In this document: one piece after another, positions 21,386-30,199 of the stretch
Position numbering within the stretch: position 1 is the stretch's first letter
Layout of the letters: each line of letters begins with the position of its first letter
Assembly (NCBI GenBank): GCA_963845095.1
Contig: CAWJQM010000019.1
Coordinates: 53,316-117,315, forward strand
Source of the DNA: an uncultured delta proteobacterium
GTDB taxonomy: Bacteria > Desulfobacterota > Syntrophia > Syntrophales > Smithellaceae
DNA: 64,000 nt
Direction: 5' to 3'
The notes under the pieces: model-generated
The model's database searches: none
Seen by the model: only the letters and a program-made list of their open reading frames with translations
Told to the model about the DNA's origin: nothing
Made by a program: the position numbers and the translations under genes

Positions 21386-21467
21386 GTCATGCCGGACTTG
21401 ATCCGGCATCCAGTAACATTATAAAATTTCCTGGATTCCGTGTCGCGCTGCGCTTGCACGGAATGAC
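21386..21467. repeat. RPE/REP-like palindromic element
   Basis: GTCATGCCGGACTTGATCCGGCATCCAG..CTGGATTCCGTG..CACGGAATGAC nested hairpins in the divergent mnmG intergenic region. Confidence 0.8.
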
Positions 21468-21529
21468 GAAAGGTGTAATAGACTTTTTTACGGCATAGAC
21501 CGGAAAAACACAACAAAAAAGAGGCAGCT

Positions 21530-22468
21530 TTGGCTAAACCGGAATTTTGGAAAAACAGTAAAAGATACTTTGATCTGAAAAGCTACTGGCGTAATTTATT
21601 CGGCTGCAATGTGCACAAGCTGTCTATTGACGCTGGATTTACCTGTCCCAACCGCGATGGGCATGTGGCCGCCGGTGGCTGCATTTACTGCGACGGACGC
21701 GGTTCCAAACTGCGCCAGCAGGGAGCGCTGCCGTCCGTAGCGGCGCAAATTCGCACCGGGAAAAAATATTATTCGGGCAAAGCAGCTAAATTTATTGCTT
21801 ATTTTCAGACATTTACCAATACATATGCGCCGGTAGCTCAATTGCAGGCCCTCTATGATGAGGCGCTGGCCGAGGACGATGTTATCGGTCTTTCAATTGG
21901 TACCCGTCCGGATTGCCTGGCGCCGGAGACAATATCTTTATTAAAACAGTACGCCGAGAATCATCATATCTGGGTGGAACTGGGTTTGCAATCGGTCCAC
22001 GACAAAACCCTGCAGTTCATTAACCGGGGACATAATTTTCAGCAATTTCGGGATGCGGTTCATGCCCTGGCCGGAAGCAAACTGAACATTTGTGTCCACA
22101 TTATTATCGGATTGCCGGGGGAAAGTGACAATGATGTACTAAGAACAGCCAGAACTCTGGCTGCCCTGCCGGTTAATGGAATCAAAATACATTCCTTGCT
22201 GGCCCTTGAGGGTACGACTTTGGGGGATATGTACAAAAATGGCTCGATTCCTATGATCAGCAAGGAAAAATATGTGGCGCTGACAGCTGATGTACTGGAG
22301 GTTCTGCCGCCCGCAATGGTTATACAGAGGCTGACCGCCGACGGTTACCGCGATATCTTCCTTGCTCCCTCCTGGGCGGGCAGCAAACTGGATGTTTTGA
22401 ATTCGATTAACCGGGAGCTGGAGAAGCGGGACTCCTATCAGGGGATTTATTATAATAGAGACAAATGA
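21530..22468 (+). CDS. TIGR01212 family radical SAM protein (YhcC-like)
   Basis: DAGFTCPNRDG...GGCIYC, YFQTFTNTY, GTRPDC, ELGLQS. Confidence 0.92.
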   Translation: MAKPEFWKNSKRYFDLKSYWRNLFGCNVHKLSIDAGFTCPNRDGHVAAGGCIYCDGRGSKLRQQGALPSVAAQIRTGKKYYSGKAAKFIAYFQTFTNTYAPVAQLQALYDEALAEDDVIGLSIGTRPDCLAPETISLLKQYAENHHIWVELGLQSVHDKTLQFINRGHNFQQFRDAVHALAGSKLNICVHIIIGLPGESDNDVLRTARTLAALPVNGIKIHSLLALEGTTLGDMYKNGSIPMISKEKYVALTADVLEVLPPAMVIQRLTADGYRDIFLAPSWAGSKLDVLNSINRELEKRDSYQGIYYNRDK

Positions 22469-22538
22469 ATTAGTTATTGTACATTGAGCATAAAAATTGC
22501 TAGTATTTTGTTAATTAACTATTTTGAAAAAGAAATTT

Positions 22539-23166
22539 ATGATTGCAATTATTGATTACAAGGCCGGAAATCTCACCAGCGTTGCGCGCGCTCTGCAGAA
22601 AATCGGACAGGATTTTATCATTACCGATGATACAAGAAAACTGGACTCGGCGACCCATGTGATTTTTCCGGGCGTGGGCGCGGCCGGAGAAGCCATGGAG
22701 TATTTGAAGCAGAAAGAAATGGATAAATGGTTGAAATCATGCTTCTTATCCGGGAAACCTTTAATGGGTATCTGCCTGGGTACGCAAATCATTTTCGATT
22801 ACAGTGAAGAAAATGACACATCAGTGCATCGGTCTGGTGAGCGGATCAACTAAGCTTTTCCCGAATGATATGATTTATGACGGCAGAATATTGAAAATCC
22901 CGCACATGGGCTGGAACTCCCTGCATTTACGACGCGAACATCCTGTTTTCCTGGATATTCCCGCCGGAGCGGAATTCTATTTTGTGCACTCCTACTATCC
23001 GGCGCCTTCCCGGGAATCTGTCGTCCTGGGCATAACGGACTATGGGATTGAATTTTGTTCAGTGCTGGCGGTGAATAATCTGGTGGCGATGCAGTTTCAC
23101 CCGGAAAAAAGCGGCACACCGGGGCTGCAGATCCTGCGCAATTTTTGCGGCTGGAGGCCGTCATGA
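22539..23166 (+). CDS. hisH: Imidazole glycerol phosphate synthase glutaminase subunit, one frameshift near 22820
   Basis: [40 protein letters not shown]. Confidence 0.93.
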
Positions 23167-23942
23167 TCAGTAAGAGAATAATTCCCTGCCTCGATGTCCG
23201 CAATGGTAAGCTGACAAAAGGCATTAAATTTAAAGGCAATATCGATATCGGCGATCCGGTGGAGGCAGCCCGGGAATATTACGAACAGGGCGCCGATGAA
23301 ATTGTGTTTTATGACATTACGGCTTCCTCCGATGGACGCGATATCATGATTGATGTCGTTTCCCGCGTAGCCCAAACAATTTTCATTCCTTTTTCCGTCG
23401 GCGGCGGTATTCGCAATCTGGAAGATATGCGCCGGGTCATTATGGCCGGAGCGGAAAAGGTCAGTGTTAATTCCACCGCCGTAACCAATCCGGAGATTAT
23501 CGCTCAGGGCGCGCAGGCCTTCGGCAGTCAGTGTATTGTTTTGGGAATGGATGTGAAAAAAGTGGAAATATCGGACAGGATTCCTTCCGGATATGAAATA
23601 GTCATTCAAGGCGGCAGGAAATTCACGGGGATTGATGCCCTGTGGTGGGCTAAAGAAGCGGAAAGGCTGGGCGCCGGTGAAATTTGTTTGAATTCGATAG
23701 ATGCCGACGGCACCCAGGACGGGTACGAGCTGCATTTAACGGCTATGATTTCGCAGAATGTGCGTATTCCGGTTATCGCCTCCGGCGGCGCAGGCGAGCC
23801 CGCACATTTGGCGGAGGTGCTGACAACCGGTAAGGCCGATGCGGCGCTGATTGCCTCCATGGTGCATTACCGGACATATACGATTGCCCAGATCAAACAG
23901 TACCTGCATGAGCGTAACATCAAGACGAGAATGCTTTGGTGA
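23163..23942 (+). CDS. hisF: Imidazole glycerol phosphate synthase cyclase subunit
   Basis: [35 protein letters not shown]; ATGA overlap with hisH. Confidence 0.97.
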   Translation: MISKRIIPCLDVRNGKLTKGIKFKGNIDIGDPVEAAREYYEQGADEIVFYDITASSDGRDIMIDVVSRVAQTIFIPFSVGGGIRNLEDMRRVIMAGAEKVSVNSTAVTNPEIIAQGAQAFGSQCIVLGMDVKKVEISDRIPSGYEIVIQGGRKFTGIDALWWAKEAERLGAGEICLNSIDADGTQDGYELHLTAMISQNVRIPVIASGGAGEPAHLAEVLTTGKADAALIASMVHYRTYTIAQIKQYLHERNIKTRMLW

Positions 23943-24086
23943 TACCACTTCTAATACCCTAAAGGGCACGTGATCAAAGCGCTATCTTTGTTGGCGTCGT
24001 TGTCGGCTTCCTCAATCACGCCTCGGCGTGACCAGCGTCGCCTCCTCCTAGCCGCCGCGATATCATCTTTGATTTAGAGGTGGTAT
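23942..24086. mobile_element. MITE-like element family B, copy 1
   Basis: IR ATACCACTTCTAA / TTAGAGGTGGTAT; core GTCGGCTTCCTCAATCACGCCTCGGCGTGACC shared with 25232 and 26863; 18-nt insert in the left arm. Confidence 0.85.
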
Positions 24087-24158
24087 AATATGTGTTAATC
24101 CGTTTAGTAAAAACAACATGCTCTTGCCACCCGCAGGGGTGGTCAAATAAATGTCGAG

Positions 24159-24217
24159 AACGGCATAAGGAGCCGTAACGAAATACAGAAAAAAACAAGC
24201 TATTTCATAACTGCTCC
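24159..24217. repeat. 49-bp palindromic mini-element family C plus shared flank, copy 1
   Basis: GGAGCCGTAACGAAATA-15 nt-TATTTCATAACTGCTCC with TAA on both sides; 24159-24185 is the exact reverse complement of 30118-30144. Confidence 0.8.
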
Positions 24218-24333
24218 TAATTGTGCTTGACGAATATGATCAGGCATTGCATAAGTACCACTGATTTAAGTAAATGTTTTACGTAATTGGAACAGGACAT
24301 TAAATATTTTTAAGAAGTTAGGAGGCGATTTTT

Positions 24334-25215
24334 GTGGATAAAAAAAGATATGAATTAAATATACAACTGGCGCAAATGTTAAAAGGCGGCGTTATTATGG
24401 ATGTAACGAACGTGGAACAGGCCAGGATAGCTGAAGATGCCGGAGCGGTTGCGGTAATGGCTCTCGAACGCGTGCCTTCCGATATCCGTAAACAGGGCGG
24501 GGTCGCCCGGATGTCTGAGCCGGAGATGATTGCCAGGATTAAAAAGGCCGTATCGATTCCGGTTATGGCCAAAGCCCGCATTGGTCATTTTGTTGAAGCG
24601 CAAATTCTGGAGGCGCTGCGGATTGATTACATTGATGAGAGCGAAGTGCTGACACCGGCCGATGAAGAATGCCATATTGACAAAACTAAATTTTCCATAC
24701 CTTTCGTTTGCGGCGCCCGTAATTTGGGGGAGGCATTGCGCCGGATAGCGGAAGGCGCGGCCATGATCCGCACCAAAGGTGAGGCTGGAACCGGTAATGT
24801 GGTTGAGGCTGTTCGCCACATGAGAACTATGAACCGCGAAATCCGCCAGCTCATCGAGATGCCGGTGGAAGAGGTGACCGGTTTTGCCAAAACCAATGGA
24901 ATGCCTTATGAGTTGGCGCTTAAAGTTAAGGAATTAGGGCGGCTGCCGGTGGTAAATTTTGCCGCAGGCGGCATTGCTACTCCGGCCGATGCGGCCCTGA
25001 TGATGCAATTAGGCTGCGACGGGGTTTTTGTCGGATCAGGCATTTTCAAGTCGGCAAATCCCAAGCTGCGGGCTGCCGCCATTGTCAAGGCGACTGCTTA
25101 TTTCGATGACCCCAAGAAAGTATTGAAGGCATCGATGGGTTTGGGTGAAGCTATGCCCGGTCTGGAAATAGCGCAAATTCCGGCCGATCAAATTCTGGCG
25201 GGACGCGGGTGGTAG
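24334..25215 (+). CDS. pdxS: Pyridoxal 5'-phosphate synthase lyase subunit
   Basis: [45 protein letters not shown]. Confidence 0.97.
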   Translation: MDKKRYELNIQLAQMLKGGVIMDVTNVEQARIAEDAGAVAVMALERVPSDIRKQGGVARMSEPEMIARIKKAVSIPVMAKARIGHFVEAQILEALRIDYIDESEVLTPADEECHIDKTKFSIPFVCGARNLGEALRRIAEGAAMIRTKGEAGTGNVVEAVRHMRTMNREIRQLIEMPVEEVTGFAKTNGMPYELALKVKELGRLPVVNFAAGGIATPADAALMMQLGCDGVFVGSGIFKSANPKLRAAAIVKATAYFDDPKKVLKASMGLGEAMPGLEIAQIPADQILAGRGW

Positions 25216-25231
25216 GTGCAGCAGCTCTTTG

Positions 25232-25356
25232 ATACCGAGTCGCATTCTTTGCCTAACTTTGTTGGCTGCGTCGTCGGCTTCCTCAATCACGCCTCGGACG
25301 TGACCTGCGGAGCCTCCTTCTGGCCGTCGCGTTATGCTGCGAATGCAACTTGGTAT
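25232..25356. mobile_element. MITE-like element family B, copy 2
   Basis: IR ATACCGAGTCGCATTC / GAATGCAACTTGGTAT; closely similar to 26863-26986. Confidence 0.88.
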
Positions 25357-25368
25357 GTGAATTTAGTT

Positions 25369-26043
25369 ATGATTGTTAAAAGCAAGAAAAACAACTCCGG
25401 TGTTATCGGCATCCTCGATTTACAAGGCGGAGTTTACGAGCATTTGGACCATCTGCAACGATTAGGAATTGCCGCCAGAAAGGTCAAACGCCCACCAGAT
25501 TTTAAAAATTTAGCCGGGCTGATTATTCCCGGCGGTGAAAGCTCCTGCATTTCGCGGCTGCTGAATATTTTCGCAATCAGGGCGCCGCTATTAAAAGCCT
25601 ATGGGCGGGGAATGAAAATCTGGGGCACTTGTGCCGGCGCCATATTGTTGGCCAAACATGTTGTTGGCGAAGATTCCTGCCTTGGTCTGATTGATATAAA
25701 AGTAGAGCGCAACAGTTTTGGCAGTCAACTCAACAGCTTTAAAAGCGAAGCCATGATTCCCCGCGTGTCCGCAAAACCGGTTCCCCTAACCTTTATTCGT
25801 GCGCCGAAAATTGTGACGGCCGGCAAAGACGTTGAAGTTTTACTGAAAGTTGACGATTATATTGCCGCGGCGGAAAGCGCAAATGTTCTGGTGACGGTAT
25901 TTCATCCCGAACTGACCGGCTCTCCGGCATTTCATCGATACTTTGCGGTTAAATGCGGGTTAAATCCGGCAGTAAATACAAAAATCTACAGTGACCTGGA
26001 ATGGAATCCATGCAGCTGGACAAGGCTTGCCCGCAACTTCTAA
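25369..26043 (+). CDS. pdxT: Pyridoxal 5'-phosphate synthase glutaminase subunit (may start at GTG 25216)
   Basis: LDLQG, PGGES, GTCAG, RNSFGSQ, FIRAP, FHPEL. Confidence 0.93.
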   Translation: MIVKSKKNNSGVIGILDLQGGVYEHLDHLQRLGIAARKVKRPPDFKNLAGLIIPGGESSCISRLLNIFAIRAPLLKAYGRGMKIWGTCAGAILLAKHVVGEDSCLGLIDIKVERNSFGSQLNSFKSEAMIPRVSAKPVPLTFIRAPKIVTAGKDVEVLLKVDDYIAAAESANVLVTVFHPELTGSPAFHRYFAVKCGLNPAVNTKIYSDLEWNPCSWTRLARNF

Positions 26044-26067
26044 TCCGGCGGGCAGTTAATTTTAAAA

Positions 26068-26847
26068 ATGACTTTTATTACTGCACTTGAAGAAAACTTC
26101 TTTGCCTGCGGCCGTTACTGGGGAAGCCTGAATTCTTCGCTTAACAGCACGCAAACAATTTCCTCGATGAATTCAGGCATTATATCCGCCGATCTTAACT
26201 GGGTCTGGAATGAAAAACCTTTAACTCTCGACAATGCCGGGGTAATAGCTCAGATAAAAAATTCTTACGAGCACTTGGCATTACCTTTCTGGTGGTGGGT
26301 TTACCCTTCCGGACAATCATTGTTGACTAAAACAATGCTGGAAGGAGCAGGTTTGCATCAGGAAACGGCGATTCCCTGTCTCGCCGCGGATTTATCCCGG
26401 CTCCCGGTTGATGCAGCCCTTCCTGTGGCAATTACTATTTCCTTGGTGGAAAATGACAGAGATTTAGCCTGTTGCGAAGAAATCTCTTTTACAGGATTTG
26501 CCATGGAAGCTGCTTCTCAGAAGCAATACCATAATTTTATTTCTTCTTTCGATATCAGCTGCGCGTCACCGCAGAAACTTTTTCTGGCTTTTTTTGCCGG
26601 GAAACCTGTAGCCACTGCTCTCTTGTTTTTTTACAAAGAGACGGCCGGTATATATTTTGTTTCCACTCTTCCCGCTTATCGCCGCCGGGGCATTGGCCTG
26701 AGTTTGACCCGGGCAACTATGCATTATGCTCAAAGGGCAGGATCTCAATTTATTATTCTGCAATCTTCCGCAGCAGGGCTGAGGGTTTATCAGCAGGCAG
26801 GTTTTAAAGAGTATTGCCGGGCGGATATTTATACCATCCGGTTATGA
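26068..26847 (+). CDS. GNAT family N-acetyltransferase
   Basis: C-terminal AGIYFVSTLPAYRRRGIG...VYQQAGF acetyl-CoA motif. Confidence 0.88.
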   Translation: MTFITALEENFFACGRYWGSLNSSLNSTQTISSMNSGIISADLNWVWNEKPLTLDNAGVIAQIKNSYEHLALPFWWWVYPSGQSLLTKTMLEGAGLHQETAIPCLAADLSRLPVDAALPVAITISLVENDRDLACCEEISFTGFAMEAASQKQYHNFISSFDISCASPQKLFLAFFAGKPVATALLFFYKETAGIYFVSTLPAYRRRGIGLSLTRATMHYAQRAGSQFIILQSSAAGLRVYQQAGFKEYCRADIYTIRL

Positions 26848-26862
26848 TGCTTACCCGAAGTT

Positions 26863-26986
26863 ATACCAAGTCGCATTCTTTAGCTAACTTTGTTGGCTGT
26901 GTCGTCGGCTTCCTCAATCACGCCTCGGCGTGACCAGCGGAGCCTCCTCCTTGCCGCCGCGTTATCTTTTGAATGCAACTTGGTAT
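26863..26986. mobile_element. MITE-like element family B, copy 3
   Basis: IR ATACCAAGTCGCATTC / GAATGCAACTTGGTAT and the shared core. Confidence 0.88.
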
Positions 26987-26998
26987 TAGTTCGGAGAA

Positions 26999-27313
26999 TT
27001 AGATTTTTTCGATAAAGAAAATCAATGCTTTTTCTGTAAGAGTTCTTCCCCGATGTCTGTGATCAGCGCCGTCAGGAATGAAGATTCCATCACCTGGTTC
27101 ATACATTATCTGGGAATTTTCAAATTCAATTTCCAGTTGACCTTCAATAACATACCCGCAATGTCCCTTTTCGCACCAATGGAGAGGCATCTCTTGCGAA
27201 TACTCGACCAGCCGAATCCGTAAATTATTTTGGTCAAGATGCTTGTGTCTGATGCCCTGGACAGGCGACTCCCACTCGAGCTTAGCAAATTCGGCTTTGT
27301 ACGAAATTGCCAT
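26999..27313 (-). CDS. Cupin domain protein
   Basis: HWCEKGHCGYVIEG..PGDGIFIP..HRH. Confidence 0.85.
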   Translation of the reverse strand: MAISYKAEFAKLEWESPVQGIRHKHLDQNNLRIRLVEYSQEMPLHWCEKGHCGYVIEGQLEIEFENSQIMYEPGDGIFIPDGADHRHRGRTLTEKALIFFIEKI

Positions 27314-27387
27314 GAAAACTCCACTTTAAGTCTGACTAATGTTCATATGTTATCCGGTTAAATCCTATCCCATGTTGCAGCGAAGCC

Positions 27388-29309
27388 TTAATTTTCCTTC
27401 CCTTCCGGCTTTTCAGGTTCGGGAGTAACCTGTTCATTGAATTCCAAATGTGGCTGATCTTCCTGATCTGCCGGTTTTATAGTCAAAAAGCTCAATTTTT
27501 CCGGCTGCTCTGGTATTACCGGCGCCGCGATTTCCTGCGCAGGGGCTGCCGCCGCCAAAATATTCCCCGGCAGGATAGTTTGCTGTTTAACCGGAACTTC
27601 CGTTACCGGCGCTGCCTGTGCAGCGCCCTCCGGTAAACTTCCTTCCTTCTTGATGTCCGAAGGCTTCCGGCGGCGAGCTGCGGTGGCGGTGCCGCTTTTT
27701 CTTGACCGGAATTTCCCCTCCGCCCGGGATTGCCTGGGGCGGATTCCCGGCAGGCATTTCCGGGGCTGCTTTCTCCTTAGGCGCCGGTTCTTCCGGGACC
27801 GTTAACTCGGACTGGCCGGCCGGCTCAATTAAATCTTTTTCTTTCAGGGTCTGCTGTATCTCTATTTTATCCCACTGCATTTCCCCGCTGCCGGAAATAT
27901 TCAGAAACAGGCCGAATGAAGATTCCAGACTTAAAAGTTCAGCTCTTTTTTGGTTGAGAATATAACTTGCTATTTCAGGCGGCAGAATTACTTTGAGCTC
28001 GGAGTAAATTCCTTTAACTGCTTCCGATTCAATTTTACGGAATGCTCCCAGAGCCGCATATTCCAGAGAAGGCCTTAATCCGCTGCCCTTGCAATAGGGG
28101 CAGTTTATGTAGCTTATTTCCTGGATTGTCGGCTGCTTTTTCTGCCGCGATAATTCGAGAATGCCAAATTTCGAAATTCGTGACAGCTGGATTCTTGCCC
28201 GATCAAGACTCAACGCTTTCTTGAATGATTTTTCCACTTCCGCAACATTTTTCTTTTCCATCATGTCGATGAAGTCGATAACTATCAATCCGCCCAGGTC
28301 ACGCAGCCGCAATTGGCGGGCGATTTCTTCGCAGGCTTCGGTGTTTGTTTTAAACGCTGTCTCCTCGATATTGCGCTTGTTCGAGCCGCGTCCGGAGTTC
28401 ACATCAATTGTAATCATCGCTTCCGTCGGGTTGATAATAATATATCCGCCGGATTTGAGATCTACGCGCTCCTGATAAATTATCCTTATTTGCTCTTCCA
28501 GTTGGAAGCGCTCAAAAATAGGGATTTTTTCTTTGTAGCTGACGAGTATTTTTACATTCCGGGGAGCGACTGCCTTCAGATAGGCGCGCATTTTGCGGAA
28601 GGTGTCGGCGTCGTCAACAAAAATCTCTTCAATTTCCGGCGTCAGATAGTCCCGCAGCGAGCGCACACCAAAATCGGTTTCCTGATAAATGAGCATTGGC
28701 GCATTGACATTATTCGTTTTCTTGGTTATTTCTTTCCAGAGGCGCATCAGATGTTGATAGTCGCGGTAAATTTCCGGCTTTGTCCGGTTTATACCGGCTG
28801 TCCGCACAATAAAACCCATGTTATCCGGAATTCTGAATTTGTCCCATCAGGTGTTTGATTTTCTGCCTGTCCTCTTCATCATCAATTTTGCGTGATATTC
28901 CTGTGCCGGGCTTGTTGGGCAGTAAAACAAGATACCTGCCGGGCAGAGAAATATAGGAGGTCAGGAGCGCTCCTTTGTTTCCGGTTGCTTCTCGAACTGC
29001 CTGGACAATGATTTCCTGACCTGCCTTGAGCGTCGGTTTGCTGTTCGTTTGTCCATTTTCCGGGTCGGTTGAATACTCCGGGCAGGCATCGCGCAGAGGT
29101 AAAAACCCGTCTTTGCCTACTCCATAGTCAACAAAGGCGGCTTGCAGTCCACGTTCAACTTTTAGCACCTTGCCTTTGTAAATGTTGCCGGTGATGTGAT
29201 CTTTCATCGACATTTCAATGTTGAATTCGATGAGTTTACCTTTTTCATCAACGGTTGCCATCCGCTTCTGTTCCCTGTGAACAGCGTTAATAAGCATAGT
29301 ATGTTTCAT
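27388..29309 (-). CDS. rne: Ribonuclease E/G family, two frameshifts
   Basis: S1 GNIYKG..AAFVDYG, IDVNSGR, RLRDLGGLIVIDFIDM, Zn-link CPYC.G.G; Pro/Glu/Lys-rich tail continues in another frame to TAA at 27388. Confidence 0.92.
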
Positions 29310-29324
29310 AAAATATCCTTTTTT

Positions 29325-29397
29325 GGCCTGCTGCAATCCGGTGCGTTATTAAGCGCTCAGACTCCTTTTGGCTTCCGTTGTCCGATTGGCAGCGGCC
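29325..29397 (-). promoter_or_regulatory. Structured leader upstream of rne
   Basis: 15-bp closing stem with three single bulges (GGCC-GCTGC-AATC-GG), ending a few nt before the RBS. Confidence 0.55.
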
Positions 29398-29402
29398 TGT
29401 AT

Positions 29403-30008
29403 TTATAGAAAAGCGCTGACGTCGCCTTTTCCAATTCTTAAAATTTCAATGTTGTCGTCGACAAGGCTGATTACGCTCGATGGTTCGGGAATAATATTAC
29501 CGCCGTCGATAATCAGATCGACTAATTTGCCAAAGTGCTCCTCGATGATATAGGGATTGCCCAAATCTTCACCTTCCGCTGTTTTCACGCTCGTGCTGAT
29601 GATGGGTTGTCCCAGTTCTCTGACCATGGCCATACAAATATTATTGTCAGGCACTCTGATGCCTGTTGTCGGTCTTTTCGGTAAGATGATTTTGGGAACG
29701 AGGCGTGATGCTTCCAGAATGAAAGTATAAGAGCCGGGCAAAAGACGTTTCATCGTTTTGTAAGCATAATCAGTCACTTTGGCGTATTGGCTGATGTGCT
29801 TTAAGTCGGAGCAGATAAAGCTCAAAGGCTGTTTCTTGTTTCTTCGTTTTATTTCGTATATTTTTTCAATACCTTTCTTATTGGATAAGTCACAACCCAA
29901 TCCATAAACGGTATCCGTCGGGTAAATTATAATACCACCATCGCGCAAAACGTCAACGGCCTTTTTAATCAGCCGCATTTGCGGATTCTGGCAGTTAATT
30001 GACAACAT
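29403..30008 (-). CDS. YrdC/Sua5 family protein (YciO-like)
   Basis: YPTDTVYGLGC, K.R, LPGSYTFIL, GIRVP, ISTS. Confidence 0.92.
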   Translation of the reverse strand: MLSINCQNPQMRLIKKAVDVLRDGGIIIYPTDTVYGLGCDLSNKKGIEKIYEIKRRNKKQPLSFICSDLKHISQYAKVTDYAYKTMKRLLPGSYTFILEASRLVPKIILPKRPTTGIRVPDNNICMAMVRELGQPIISTSVKTAEGEDLGNPYIIEEHFGKLVDLIIDGGNIIPEPSSVISLVDDNIEILRIGKGDVSAFL

Positions 30009-30085
30009 GTTCTTAATTCCTGATTTTCGTAATATTCTTAACGCAACTGTATATCAGGAATTACATGATTAGGCAATCGAAGCTT

Positions 30086-30144
30086 GGAGCCGTTACGAAA
30101 TAATCTCTTCTTTCCTCTATTTCGTTACGGCTCCTTATGCCGTT
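30086..30144. repeat. 49-bp palindromic mini-element family C plus shared flank, copy 2
   Basis: GGAGCCGTTACGAAATA-15 nt-TATTTCGTTACGGCTCC followed by TTATGCCGTT. Confidence 0.8.
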
Positions 30145-30199
30145 TTATATAATTGTTTGATCAGTTTATTTTTGAACGACGGCTTCGCTTAAATGCAGT

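Noticed and set aside
21310-21409. N-terminal extension MPDQVRHD on MnmG
   Set aside because: It is a translation of the palindromic repeat; a TTG start with an SD lies at 21310. The same applies to the TetR extension at 46028-46102
23942-26986. MITE and REP repeats as a CRISPR array or integron attC array
   Set aside because: No regular repeat-spacer period, no canonical RYYYAAC/GTTRRRY boxes, and no cas1 or intI in the window
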